DNA of 64,000 nucleotides from Eledone cirrhosa (taxonomy: Eukaryota). Location: NCBI GenBank assembly GCA_964016885.1, contig OZ024758.1, forward strand, positions 29,388,001 to 29,452,000, in the 5' to 3' direction. The notes under the pieces were generated by a model. That model was given only the letters and a program-made list of their open reading frames with translations. It made no database searches and was not told the origin of the DNA. Position 1 is the stretch's first letter. Every line of letters starts with the position of its first letter. Of this stretch, positions 11,681 through 25,660 are shown piece after piece. The position numbers were made by a program, and so were the translations under genes.

Positions 11681-12084
11681 TATAATGTTTTCATGATATA
11701 CCAGCATCATCTTGATAGATCAGTGACAAGCAAGTGTATGTTATAAACATAAATGAGTTGATTACATATCAAATAAGTCTTTAACTCATTGTTTATATAC
11801 ATATATCATCATCATCATCATTTTGCGTCCGCTTCTCTGCTTGCAAAGGTGGGACGGGAACTGATTCTGGCTTGATTTCTGCAGCTGGATGCTCTTCCTA
11901 ACACCAACCTCATTTACAGTGAGTGCTGGGTGCCTTTTTCCGTGGCGTGTACACGTCCACTTTACAGTGGAATGATAGGGACCCCAGTCCCTATCATCTC
12001 ATTTCTACAGCTGAGTAAACTGGAGCAATGTGAAATAAAGTGTCTTGCTCAAGGACACAACACATCACCCGGTTATATATATAA

Positions 12085-12134
<50 letters not shown>

Positions 12135-12325
12135 CCCTCTCTCATCATTGCTTTTATGTTGACTTTTCTATGCTGGCATAGATTGAATGGGACTTTTTGA
12201 GGCAAGGTTTTATAGCCGGATGCCCTGCCTGACATTAACACCTTCAGTTGCTTTTTATGACATGCAGGGACATGGTGAACCTATTCTAAACTGGACACCA
12301 GCACATAATATACATATGTATATAC

Positions 12326-13213
12326 ATAAAATTAACCTGTCTAAGACTAAAGTTCTAGTTTGTAGGAAGGAAAATAGGGCACTGGTCCCATCTGGGAAAA
12401 GGCCATGCTCAGTGTGTAGGAAAGGAGTAGGTACAAACTCCACCTTATGTCCCAAATGCAAAGTATGGGTGCATAAAAGATGTAGTGGGATCACAGGTAA
12501 GCTAACTAAGAATATAGATTTTATATGTGGCTGGTGCTCAGGTGTAATAAGTAGCAGCAAGTGCCTACAGAATACTAACTCATTCCATTGCACAGATGGT
12601 TCTATAGAAATAGTGGACACCTTCCGTTACCTGGGTGACAAAATCAGCAGTGGTGGAAGGTACTCTGAAAGTACAGTAGCTAGGGTCAGAACGGGATGGA
12701 AAAAGTTCAGAGAGCTTATACCACTATTGGCCGCTAAAGGGTTCTCTCTAAAAATGAAAGGCAGGCTGTATGGTGCCTACATACGAACAGCAATGTTACA
12801 TGGCAGTGAGACCTGGGCATTGTGTGTAGAGGATATATGCAGACTGGAGAGGAACGAAGCTTGCATGCTCCGCTGGATGTGCAATAGTAATATACGTGAA
12901 CGGCAAAGTATAAACGAACTAAGGGAGAAATTAGAAATAAGAGGGATCAGATGTTTACTCGAGAGAAGACTACGTTGGTATGGTCACGTGATGCGCATGA
13001 AAGACGACAGCTGTATAAAAAAGTGCAGGGCAATAAAGATAGACGGTAGCCACGGAGTAGGGAGACCCAGAAAAACCTGGGATGACTTGATAAATTCCAA
13101 CCTCACACACACCTCTCCAAGACAATGTCACTGGACCGAGATCTTTGGCGCTACACAGTAATACAGAAGACCCGCCTTACCTAAGTACAAAGCGAAACCT
13201 ACTACAGTCAGTA
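12326..13213 (+). mobile_element. 5'-truncated RTE-clade LINE flanked by direct repeats of about 600 bp
   Basis: KINLSKTKVL, a PHD-like Cys cluster (CSVC...C..C..WVHKRC) and RLRWYGHV; flanks are 11730-12325 and 13214-13818. Confidence 0.9.
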
Positions 13214-13562
13214 GGCAAGTGTATGTTATAAACATAAATGAGTTGATTACATATCAAATAAGTCTTTAACTCATTGTTTATATACATATATCATCATCAT
13301 CATCATCATTTTGCGTCCGCTTTTCCCTGCTTGCAAGGGTGGGACGGGAACTGATTCTGGCTTGATTTCTACAGCTGGATGACCTTCCTAACACCAACCT
13401 CATTTACAGTGAGTGCTAGGTGCTTTTTTCCGTGGCGCCTACACGTCCACTTTGCAGTGGAATGATAGAGACCCCAGTCCCTATCATCTCATTTCTACAG
13501 CTGAGTAAACTGGAGCAATGTGAAATAAAGTGTCTTGCTCAAGGAAACAACACATCACCCGG

Positions 13563-13625
<63 letters not shown>

Positions 13626-15444
13626 TATCCCTCTCTCATCATTGCTTTTATGTTGACTTTTCCATGCTGGTATAGATTGAATGGGACTTTTTGAGGCAAG
13701 GTTTTATAGCCGGATGCCCTGCCTGACATTAACACCTTCAGTTGCTTTTTATGACATGCAGGGACATGGTGTACCTATTCTAAACTGGACACCAGCACAT
13801 AATATACATATGTATACACATCACCATCTTGTAAAATGGACATTAAATGATGATGGTATGCATAAACACACACATATAAGTAGTCAATCCACGCTGTAAG
13901 GTGACAGTCTTAGTCAGAATAACATGCTCCTAGTACATGCTGTACAAGTGGTTAGTGTTAAGAAGGGCAGCCAGCCATAGAATGCAAGCCAGTCACCTGT
14001 CTGGCCTAGCTTAGGACATGACAGCCAGTCAAACCCATGCAAGCATGGAAAATATACGTTAAATGGTACTGATGATGATGTTCTTTACACATCATTTTGT
14101 GTCTGTTTACACAAGCTGACATGAGTGTGTGTTGTTAGAGACCAAGTTCTTAATTGGAGCTACTGTAGAACTGGAAATGCTGGAATACCACACCACACCA
14201 CACAGAAAACATGTTGAGCTATTATTATAGAATGCACTCTTTTTATCGACCCCGTAAAGATGAAAGGCAAAGTCAAATCCTGCCGAGGTTAACTTTGCCT
14301 TTCATTCTTACGGGGTCGATAAAATAAAGTACCAGTAATACACTGGGTGATTGCTGGCCTTGTGCCTAACGTAGAAACAATTATAGAATGCACTCGATTT
14401 TAGCGAGGAAAAAACATTTTTCCAGAACGGAGGGGGTACGGTGGGACCTCCTTGGAGTTTCCCTTACGACCCCCCCCCCCTTCCGTATGTTATCAACGAA
14501 TAGGACCTCCAAACTAGTCGGAACAGACAAGATTTGTAAAAAAGAGGGGACCCACCCCCCTCCGTGGAAAAATTAGATTGCCAGAATCTTGGGGGTTAGA
14601 TTTGTTGATAGCACACAAAGAAAACGAAGAGAAAAAAATTTGCCAACCACTGAAATCGTGTTAAGGAATGGCTAAAGCATGGTCATGTAATATGGCTTAG
14701 TGGTTAGAGCAGTAGGCTTGCAATCGAAAGGTTGTGAGTTCAATTCTCGGACCGGGTGATGTGTTGTTTCCTTGAGCAAGACACTTTATTTCACGTTGCT
14801 CCAGTTTACTCAGCTGAAAATGAGTACCAGCAATAGCTGGAGGTTTAACCCTGCGATGGACTGGCGTCCTGTCCAGGGGGGGAGTCTTGTACTCTCAGTC
14901 ATTTCACGCCATGAAACCGGGATAAGCACCGGCCAAAATGAGTCTTCTGGCTTAAGACAAACTTTAGACTTATGGCCCGCCCAGCCAGTGGGATGGCCTC
15001 ATCGAATGGCTAAAACAGCACGTGCTGTGACCAGCGACGCCGAATGGTGCCCGACAGACTGGTCGGTGAAGGTGATCAAGGTGATATTTTTTCAACCAGT
15101 TGTTCGAGAAGTTTGAGGAAACTGGGCCGATGGCAACGTATTAGGTGATACCAACTTCGGTATAGAGGGTGATTGGTTATTCCAGAGTCTTAGTCTCGCT
15201 ATCACTTACGTCAATGTTGCAAGTGTTGGCTTGCATCAAAAAATATTAGATACAAACTAAAGCACCACTTGTGCATGAGTTCTCCCACTTTTTATATTTT
15301 CACACCTTTTTTCAAATATAAATTGCTTATTTGTATGCGTTCTTTTAAAAATAAAACACTATATTAAGTTTAAAGAATTATCGATCCAGTCGGATCAAGT
15401 TGGTTAACTTAGGTAAATGTTGCTTTTATTACCAATGTATAAAT

Positions 15445-15992
15445 TCCTTCAGAATGAAGAGAGCTTTGGCCCGGGCGAACATCCCCTCAGTCTTGGAACC
15501 ATCTGGGTTGTCCAGAAGTGACGGCAAAAGACCTGACGGCCTTACCCTGTGCCTCTGGTCGAGAGGCAGGTGCCTTGTCTGGGACGTCACTGTTAGTGAC
15601 TCTTGCTCTCTCCCACATCCTGGATGCTGCGGTTAGGACGAGAGCCACAGCTTCCGCAGCCGAGTGGAGTAAGACCCTCAAATAATCTGATCTGTCGGCC
15701 AGCTACATTTTTCAGCCTGTGGCTTTCGAGACGTTTGGGGGAGTCGGGCCGCTGACTGCGAGGTTCCTCTCTTCACTAGTGGCTCGCCTAATAGAGGTAA
15801 CTAGCGAATCTCACGAGGGCGCTTGGCTGTTCCAGTGGATCAGTCCCGCCATCACCCGAGGTAACACTGACAGTGTGCTGGCTTGCCTCAAAAATCATTA
15901 GAGAGGTCTCCCAGTACCCCTCGCTGCTGTCTTTTGCTCTGGTGTTGGCTCCGTTGTTCACCCCTTCCTTTACTTTTTATAATAATAATAAT
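15445..15992 (+). mobile_element. 3' fragment of a restriction-like-endonuclease (CRE-like) non-LTR retrotransposon
   Basis: [26 protein letters not shown] ... PVAFETFG..GP...FQ.IS.AI.RGN; (AAT)n tail; frameshifted. Confidence 0.85.
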
Positions 15993-17500
15993 GAAATTTT
16001 TGTGTAAAGTGCTCAGGTGCACTACAACTCGTCAAAGGTGCATGTATAGTACATAGAATAATACACAAATGTCAGGGAAGTGAATAGTGTATGAGTCATG
16101 ATATACATGTGTGTATGTGTATGGAGGGGGAACATTAGGTGTAGTGTTGGCGAATCTCAGGAAGCATGGAGGCCTTAAAGGATGCAGTGTCTCGACAGCT
16201 AACAACTGATGAGGGCAGTTTGTTCCATGCTTCAGCAACTCTGAGCGTGAAAAAATGTTTCCGAAAGTCATGGGAACTGTGCTGTTTTCTGACTTTGTGG
16301 GCATGTCCACGTGTGTTAGACACATGGAAATCGAAAAGGTACTCAGGGTTGTTGTTGCAAGATGGTTAACAATTTTGTGGGTGTTTACCAAGTCAGTTGC
16401 CAGGTGTCGGAGCTTCAATGTATCCATGCCCAGGGAAGCAAGGCGCTCAGAGTATGGTAGATGCCTGATGGTGGGTTGCACGTCTCTGAACAGTTTCCAG
16501 GCGGTCAATGTTCTGAGCAAGATAGTGGTTCCAGATTGGTGATGCAAATTCTAAGTGTGGCCACACCATAGCCATGTACAGCCTTAAATAGATAGCTGAA
16601 GAGCGGCTGACAAAGGTCTTGCTGAGTGATGCTAAGACACCCTCAGCCCTCTTGACAATTTTAGAGACGTGCTTCGGCCAAATCAAATCGCTGCTGACCG
16701 TAATGCCCAGGTCACGTTCACAAGAAGACTTCTTGATATTAGTGCTGTGAAGGGAGTATGTGGACGCTGGGTTTTTACTCCCAAAATGCATAGCGGTGCA
16801 CTTGTCCACAGCTAGCTTGTGTTGCCAGTCTGTGATCCATTGTTGCATTGTGTCCAGGTCAGACTGCAAGCAAGATCTATAGTGTTCAGGATCTGTCCAT
16901 TTTATCTCAAGGTACAGCTTGAGGTCGTCTGCGTACTTTAGTACTGTGGCATTCTTTAAGTTGGCATCTATGTCATTAATATATACCACAAACAAAAGGG
17001 GGCCAAGAACAGATCCCTGTGGTACACCAGATGACATCTCATATGGTGAGGAATGCTGTCCCAGAACCGTGACTACCTCTCTTCGACTGAGAATGAAGGA
17101 CTTCAAACAGTTAAAAAGATCATCCTTCACACCCAGAGAGTTTTGCCATAAGCCTTTTGTGTGGCACAAAATTGAAAGCTTTCGCAAAGTCAAGGTAAAC
17201 AACATCCACCCATGAGCCGCCATCAGTGATCCGGGTGATGTCTTCAAGAAACTCGATTTCTGGCAAGACGGACTGCTGCAGTCTCCCAAATTGCACTTTT
17301 GGGATGTTTTTTCCGCTTACGTGGCACCGATGCTTCACATGCTGTCCATATTGAGCTCAGGATGTTCTGGAGTACAGTGTTGACATCTCCAGAGTCGTAA
17401 AACTCAAGCCAGTTTGGCCGTTGCAACTCGGTGCAGTAACAGTTCCAGTCTGCTTTATTCCAGTCAAAGTGAGCAGTTTGGAGATGGTTGTGGTTCTTGA
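15985..17500 (-). mobile_element. CR1/L2-group LINE, decayed RT and 3' end
   Basis: VYLDFAKAF, SGVPQGSVLGPLLF, YADD, PHLEFASPIW, TRGH, RV...WNKLP; several frameshifts. Confidence 0.92.
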
Positions 17501-17574
17501 TACTCGATTTTCTTTAATACTGCAACATTAAAAGAATATATCTTTCATTGTATCATCCTTTATAGTGTTACCGA

Positions 17575-17821
17575 CAGGGCCGGATTTAGATTTGATGAGG
17601 CCCTAAGCTATTTGAGATAATGGGGACCTTTATATGTTATAAAAACTTCAAAACGTTCAATATTAAAGGAGAAAACTGTTTAAAACTATTGCATTATTTT
17701 AGTTCTTTTTTATCTTATATTTTGGAAATGTACACAGTTTTTTTTCAGTCTTTTTCGGGGCCCCAAGAAAGTGGGGGCCCTAAGCTATAGCTTGTTTAGC
17801 TTATACGTAAATCCTACTCTG
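17575..17821. mobile_element. hAT-like MITE with 8-bp TSD GTTACCGA
   Basis: CAGGGCCGGATTTA / TAAATCCTACTCTG termini; TSD at 17567-17574 and 17822-17829. Confidence 0.85.
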
Positions 17822-19288
17822 GTTACCGAGGCATTTGTAATGTTATTTATGTATATATTTAAAACATATTTGTATGTTATTCTACTGTAAATATATTTAT
17901 ATATACTGTTTATATTTTAATTTCTGAAGGAATTGCAAACGATTTTTAATGTTTGAACTTTAATCTGTTATTTGTAAATAAATGTAAAAATTATTAGATA
18001 CAAACTAAAGATCCATTTGTGCAGGAGTTCTCCCACTTTTTACAAATACAAATTACTTATTTGTATGCGTTCTTTTAAAAATAAAACTATATTAAGTTTA
18101 AACAATTATCGATCCAGTCTGCTCAAGTAGGTTAACCTAGGTAAACAATAGCACGTTGCTTTCATTCCCAATATATAAATAACGGCAGAGGTTCAATAGC
18201 TAGGTCTTATATTTTTAGAGGAGAAATAATGATTTCTTATATAGGCACAAGGCCAGCAATTTTGGGGGAGGGAAAAGTCGATTAAATCGACCCTAGTATG
18301 TTACTGGTGTTTATTTTATCGACCCCGTAACAAATAATGGTTTCTACTTTTGGCACAAGGCCAGCAATTACGCCAGTACATTACTGGTACTTTATTTTAC
18401 CGTCCCGGTAAGGATGAAAGGCAAAGTTAACCTCGGCGGGATTTGAACTGACCGTAAAGGGCCGTAACTATGCGTCAAAGGATGGCGTCCGACCTTCTAC
18501 CGATACTGTCAATAAATTATGATGTTTATGATTTTTCTTGAGTGTTTTAGTGACCTTGACGCCATATATCAATAATTGTTTCTATTTTGGGCCCCAAGGC
18601 CAGCAATTACCCAGTGTATTACTGGTACTTTATTTTATCGACTCCCGTAAGGATGAAAGGCAAAGTCAACCTCAGCGGGATTTGAACTCATATATCAATA
18701 ATTGTTTCTACTTTAGGGACAAGGCCAGCAATTACCCAGTGTATTACTGGTACTGCACTGGGTAATTGCTGACCTTGTGCCTAAAGTAGAAACAATTATT
18801 GATATACGAGTTCAAATCTCAGATATCAATAATAAAGAGTTAAGTTTCCCCATGTTTCGTTAGTTGGTTTAAATCCTGTAGTCACTACTTGGTCAATAAT
18901 TTACTGCAACACCACAACACCCGCCCATTAGGAAACCTTTATATTGTTCTTAGACAAGCTAGAAATAGAAGCCAAATCCCCTCAAAATACAATTTTACTG
19001 TATAAGAAAGGGAAAGATATATTTAACAATGTAGATGAGATATACACAAAAAAAAAAATAACTGTGTATATAGTCACAGCTGAAAACCCTTTCATCTTAG
19101 ATTTGCTCAATGAGGACCGACTTGAGGGTTAAACAACAATTATTTATAGGGAGAAGAATCAAGATTTTACGACTTTAATGATTTGGTGGAGATGTTGCAA
19201 CGATGGTGGGAAACAAGACAGACTGCGGGTGTCTTATTTCTACTTTATAACACAATTATTATAAATAAATACATAGTTTTCTTCCTAC

Positions 19289-19389
19289 CGTAGTTGTTTT
19301 CCGTAGAGAACACGCCACACTTCCTTCAATTCATCAGGTGGCAAATATTTTTCCAGTATACTTTCGATGCTGTCGTATTTTCCCGCCAT
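19289..19389 (-). CDS. UPB1: Beta-ureidopropionase, coding exon 1 (MAGKYDSIESILEKYLPPDELKEVWRVLYGKQL+CG)
   Basis: ATG at 19389; 101 nt ending in a GTAGGA donor (phase 2). The peptide resembles the UPB1 N-terminus (S.E..LEK.LP...L.EV.R.LYG). Confidence 0.93.
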
Positions 19390-22300
19390 TGCTTATAAAT
19401 ATTATTTTATCCAATTCCTAATACAATCGTCTATTAGAATCAAACAGGTGAGGGTAAAGAAATTGTTGTTTTGTTTTTTTTAGGTAGATAATAACTAAAA
19501 TAAATAAGTATTTAGTAAGTGAATACTTGAGAAGCTTCTTGACAAACTTTGCGATAAGACTCTTTCGAGCGTCTCCTCCTTACTGAATTATTTTCTTATC
19601 GAAGTTGCTCTTTTTATCGTTGATTAATTCGAAACTATGGAGAGTTAACTTGCATAAACTTTCTAAAATATATCAGAACATTGAAAGAGAAAGCAGTAAC
19701 TAACTGCAGATGAGGTCCAATTAATTGTATCGTTCAATAAAATAATTTCTATTATAAATGATGTATGTTTGCAGCGGAGTTCTTTCCCTCCTCGTGTAAT
19801 CTGTTATATATAATGCTACATATATTTTTCGCGGTGGATTGGCAGTATCGGTAGAACGTCAGACGTCATGCTTTGACGCATAGAGTTACGTCCCTTTACG
19901 GTCTGAGTTCAAATCCCACCGAGGTTAACTTTGCCTTTTATCCTTACGGGATAGATAAAATAAAGTACCAGTAATGTACTGAGTAATTGCTGGCCTTGTG
20001 CCAAAATATATATATTTTTCGCTTTCTGAAATTTCTCCGGATCCTTATATTTGAAACAGTTGATTACTGCAAAAAGTTTTTTTTTTTTTTTCGAAAGTTC
20101 ATTTTTTTTCACTCCCACCCTCCACACTCAGACAATGTTACCCTAACCGCGAGCTCAGCAAACTAACTTCTCTCTAACCCTTTAAAAAATTCTAAATTTC
20201 AGTTAGGGAGTCCCTAACTGAAATTTAGAATTTTTTAAATTATAGAATTTTAATCTAGAAGGTTTCAAATGCAGGAATCCGAAGAAATTTTCGAGAGAAA
20301 AAAAACAAAAACTTACGGGAGTGAGGGAGGAGGGGATGGGGGACATATGGAGAAAAGGAAGTTGCAAATTGAAATTTCGAAAATAATTTTTTTTCACTAT
20401 CATAACCTGTAATGTTTCAAACATAGGATCCCCTCCACCTAAAAAAAAAAAACAGTTGCAGAGGAGAGGTAAAGATCTGAAGCTGTAATATATCATCATC
20501 ATCATCACTTTAGGTTAGTTTTTTATGCTGGCATGGGTTGGATGAGTTGTTACTATCCTTCTAGGTCGAAGGAATACAGCTCACTCAAATACTTTTGCTT
20601 TTTGGTATGGATGTCCTTCCAAATGCCAACCGTTTTACAAAATGTACAGGCTACAATTTATTATGTCTCCAGCACTAGAAAGATTGTTATCACCATGACG
20701 TGACTGAAGTCGTTCTTGACCCTTTTCAATACAGCTTCTACAACTGGATGCCTTTCCTAACTCCAGCTACATTGTAGTCTATGCTGGGTGTATTTTATCA
20801 TGACACCTGCAATATGATGGTTGTTATCTCTTGGACACGACTGAAGTCACCTCTCTATTGATTTTGGTATGGTTTCTACATCTGGATACCTCTCCTAATA
20901 TCAACTACATTGCAGTGTGTACTGGGTGCATTTTATCAAGGCACTAACACTAGGGATGTTTTTAAGCCCTTGACATGACCGAAGAGAAGAGTCTTCTCTA
21001 CCACATGCCAAATAATTTATAGAATGTATTGAGTCCATTTTAACTATAAAATGGACTCAATACATTCTCTAAATTAGCAACACTAGAGTGGCCACTTGTT
21101 CCAGGGAAAACCTGATCAAGAGTGGAATAGAAGAGAAGTGTAGTGGGGGAGACAGTACTGGGATGGTATAGGAGTCAGAGGCATAACTAGGGTATAACAA
21201 GTATGGTACGTGCCAGGGGTTCCACATGAAGGGGGCCCCACTTGGACTAGGAGCCCGTTCTATTAAAGTCAAATAAGCCTCGCCGGCGACTGAAAAAAGA
21301 AACTCCTTCAGTTGTATGCTCTGTCTCTGATTACCAGGAGTGAGGACACTATGGTGGCTGGATCAGTAAACCATTATATAAATTGTTAAACCTCCATAGG
21401 TGAAAATACAGTGTTGGGCAGGGGCACAATTTCACTGCTTGCCATAGGGGCCATTTTCCTCTGGAGGGAGTGAATGGAAGGAGTGGGAAGAGGTTACATG
21501 GTTGCTGGTAGGAGACTGAATAGGCAAGAGTAGTAGAAATGTAATGAGGGGAGAGTAAGGGATGGGAATGAACATGGCTGCCTGACAGTGGTAGATGTCA
21601 ACCATGAGTTACAGGGTTTGAATGCAGAGTCTAGTCTAAAGTCTGTCTCGAGCTCGGAGGCTCATCAGGCCGGTGCTTATCCCAGTTTCCATGCCATTAA
21701 GTGAGAGTACAATAACCCCCCCCCCCCCCCTGGACAGGACACCAGTCCATTGCAGGGTTAAACTCCCAGCTATTGCTGGTACTAATTTTCAGTTGAGTAT
21801 ACCGGAGCAACATGAAATGAAATGTTTTTGAATGCAGACACAAGGAACAAATATCTGTAGCGACTAGTGCCACCTTGCTCAGGGAGAAAAAACTAATTGG
21901 AGTTACTTCCCGTTGAATTCTAGAGGATTCCTTGAACTTCTGGTCTAGGGATTATAAAGGAGGGAGAAAAGAGACAACTTGGCTTATTTGGCGACGGTTC
22001 TCGGACAATTCACTCATGAGCGAGTTTGTTAACCTTATTATATCTGTATCGAATTAAATTAGTGGTTGGTCTGCAGTGGCGTTTACCAAAGTAAATAACC
22101 CTGTGACTAATTCCCAAAATATCGAACAATCAAACGACTTTGCCTTCATAGTGAAAGAAGAATATATATTTAGAGGAAAATTATTCTGAGTCAGATAAAC
22201 CATAGAGTAGAAAATAATATTAACATAGATAGGATAAGAAGTCTCTCAATTAATAATTTTCCTAATTGAAGGTCTTGTATAAATATAAGAATAGAAATCA

Positions 22301-22697
22301 TTATTAAATACTATATGAATAAGATATGTCTTAGAATAGGCAGCAAACTGGCAGAGTTGTTAAGATGTCAGACAGAATGCTTTACAGTATTTGTCCCACT
22401 TCATGGTTAACTTTGCCTTTCATCCTTTCAAGGTCGATAAAAAAAGTACCAGTTCTGTACTGGGGTCGATTTTTCTATAGAAAAAACCGGCTGTGTTCAA
22501 ACTTGGAGAGTGTTGGACTCCTCCACGTTTAAAAGTGTCCTAGACATGCCATATGACCATCCCTCTACAACTCCACAAGCAGTTATGGGATCTTCATCCA
22601 ACGTCTTAGAATATCAGAAACTATTAACTGTTTCTAGAGATTTTTCTGGGTAATATTTCACAAGCACTCTTACAGCTAACTATACTTGTGCATCTGT

Positions 22698-23056
22698 TAA
22701 CCCTTTAATATTTACATTACTCTATATATACTATTGTATTTTTACAGTAAAGGCTTTACCTCACATAATATCTCACATAACATTTACATTACTCTATATA
22801 TACTATTGTATTTTCAGGGAAAAGGCTTTACCTCACATAATATCTCACATAACATTTACATTACTCTATATATACTATTGTATTGTCACAGTAAAGGCTT
22901 TACCTCACATAATATCAAATCTATGAGATTTTGATATTATTTATTTTGAGAACAATACCTTAGCATAAGTATGAGTGGCCAGTTACAACTGGTTTAAACA
23001 GAAAGAGGTGAGATAATTCTGGCTGGATACAGTCAGTTTAAATTCTAAAGGGTTAA
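22698..23056. mobile_element. piggyBac-like MITE with an internal ~72-bp tandem triplication
   Basis: TTAA-CCCTTTA...TAAAGGG-TTAA; the unit ATTTACATTACTCTATATATACTATTGTA...CTCACATAATATC occurs three times. Confidence 0.8.
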
Positions 23057-23469
23057 ACCCAAAGAATTTTTTTCTCTGTCAGCCTGTCTGTGATTTCATT
23101 GCATATTACACACACTAAAATTGTTTTCAACACACTGACATATATGTGTATATGTGTCTGTATATGTCTATATGTGTATATGTGTCTGTGTATGTGTATA
23201 TGTGTCTGTGTATGTGTATATGTGTATGTGTACGTGTGTATATGTGTATGTGCATATGCATACATTTATATGTATGAGAATATAAATATAAATGTGCAAA
23301 CACAGACTTGCTTACAAAAATACACATTTTCAGATATATATTCACACAAACACACACATACATTTACACACACACACACATATACATTTACACAAACACA
23401 CACATACATTCACACAAACACACACATACATTGTGTGATGGAGGAAGTCGCTCAAATTTATATAGAGAT

Positions 23470-25660
23470 TCTGATACTGATACTGATAAGAAGATAGCCT
23501 GGAAGTGTCACTACGAGAGACTATTAAATGAGGAGAATAAATGGGAAAAAGACAGTCTGCCCCAAATCGATCCAATAGAAGGACCAGCAGTGCAAGTTAA
23601 AGGTAGTATAATAAGTAAGGCAATCAAAGATATGAAGACAGGCAAGGCAGCTGGGCCTTCGGAGATAGTTGCTGAGATGTTGAAGGCATCTGGAATGGTG
23701 GGACATACTATGGTCACCTGTATAGTTAACCAAGTAATACAGAACAGGGTCATACCGAAAGACTGGCATAGCAGCATCATCATTAACTTCTACAAGGGCA
23801 AAGGGGATGCTCTAGATAGGAGAAACTATAGAGGCATTAAGTTAGTTGACCAGGTCATGAAGGTCACAGAAAGAGTTATAGCGTAACTAATCAGAGCGAA
23901 TTGATCTAGATGAAATGCAGTTTGGGTTTGTGTCAGGTAAAAGTACCACAGACGCTCTTTTCCTTGTACGACAACTACAAGAGAAGTACCTAGCTAAAAG
24001 TAAACCCCTCTACTTAGCTTTTGTAGACCTGGAGAAAGCCTTTGGCAGAGTCCCCCGCTCCATTATCTGGTGGACTCTTAGAAAACTAGGTGTAGATGAA
24101 TGGCTTGTGAGAGCTATACAAGCTATGTATAATGAAACAGTCAGTAAGGTTAGAATTAACAATGAATATTGTGAAGAATTTAGTGTAAAAGTTGGCGTTC
24201 ATCAAGGCTCAGTCCTTAGCCCCCTCCTATTTATTATTGCCCTTCAGGCTATGACAGAGGAGTTCAAGACCGGCTGCCCATGGGAACTCCTATACGAAGA
24301 TGATCTAATGCTCATAGCTGAATCAATGGCTGAACTAGAGAAGAAATTCCAAACATGGAAACATGGCCTAGAATCAAAAGTCCTTAAAGTTAACTTTTCT
24401 AAGACTAAAGTTCTAGTTTGTAGAAAGGAAAATAGGGCACAGGTGCTCTCAGGGAAATGGCCATGCTCAGTGTGTAGGAAAGGAGTAGGCAGAAATTCCA
24501 TTTTATGTCCCAAATGCAAAGTATGGGTACATAAAAGATGTAGTGGGATCACAGGTAAACTATCTAAGAACGTAAACTTTATATGTGGCCAATGCTCAGG
24601 TGCAATAAGTAGCAAGTGTCCACAGGATACTAGCTCCTTCTATTGCCCAGATAGTTCTATAGAAATAGTAGACACTTTCCGTTACCTGGGTGACGAAATC
24701 AGCAGTGGTGGAGGATGTTCTGAAAGTACGGTAGCTAGAGTCAGAACGGGATGGAAAAAGTTCAGAGAGCTTATACTGCTGCTGGCCGCTAAAGGGTTCT
24801 CTCTAAATATGAAAGGCAGATTGCATGATGCCTGTATACGAACAGCAATGCTACATGGCAGTGAGACATGGGCATTGCGTGCAGAGAACCTGCTCAGACT
24901 GGAAAGGAATGAAGCATGCATGCTCCGTTGAATGTGTAATAGTAATATACGTGAACGGCAAAGCATGAACTAAGTGAGAAATTAGGAATAAGAGGGATCA
25001 GATGCTGTTTACTTGAGAGAAGACTACTTTGGTATGGTCACGTGATGCGCATGAAAGACGACAGCTGCATAAAAAGTGCAGGGCGATCAAAATTGATGGT
25101 AGTTACGGAGTAGGTAGACCCAGAAAAACCTGGGACGATCTGATAAATTCCACTCTGACACACTTGCACCTCTCTAAGACAATGTCACTGGACCGAGATC
25201 TTTGGCGCTATGCAGTAATACAGAAGACCCGCCTTGCCTATGTACAAAGCGAAACCTACACCCCAATCCACTACCCCTACCCTATCCTCCCACTCCCACC
25301 AACACCACCCTCTCTCTGTAAAGTTGGTACCACAACATCCAGTCCAAATAAATGAGATAATGAGATCAAGATCGTGTAGGTGTCACGACAAAAAGAAAGA
25401 AAAAAAAAAAACAAAAAAAAACTACTCACAGTCCACGCTGTAATGTGGGCGTGTAGGTAACACGGTAAAAAGTTCCCAGTTCCACACTGTAAATGTGGTT
25501 GGTGTTAGGAAGGGCATCCAACCATAGAAAACCTGCCAGATAGTCCTATACGAGCGAGACACGGTCACCCAACCAACCTTGCCTCAAGTGGGACAACTCC
25601 CATCTAACCCATGGTAGCGTGGAAGATGGACGTTAAACGATGATGATGATGATGATGATG
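23470..25660 (+). mobile_element. RTE-clade LINE: 5'-truncated RT region with stops/frameshifts, 3' UTR and (GAT)n tail
   Basis: KTGKAAGP, NYRGIKL, QFGF..GKSTTDA, FVDLEKAF, GVHQGSVLSPLLF, Y(E)DD, PHD-like insert, GRPRKTW. Confidence 0.95.

Noticed and set aside
23915-24931. 338-aa RT ORF as an active retrotransposon
   Set aside because: 5'-truncated, with a stop and frameshifts, and YADD mutated to YEDD; an inactive copy.
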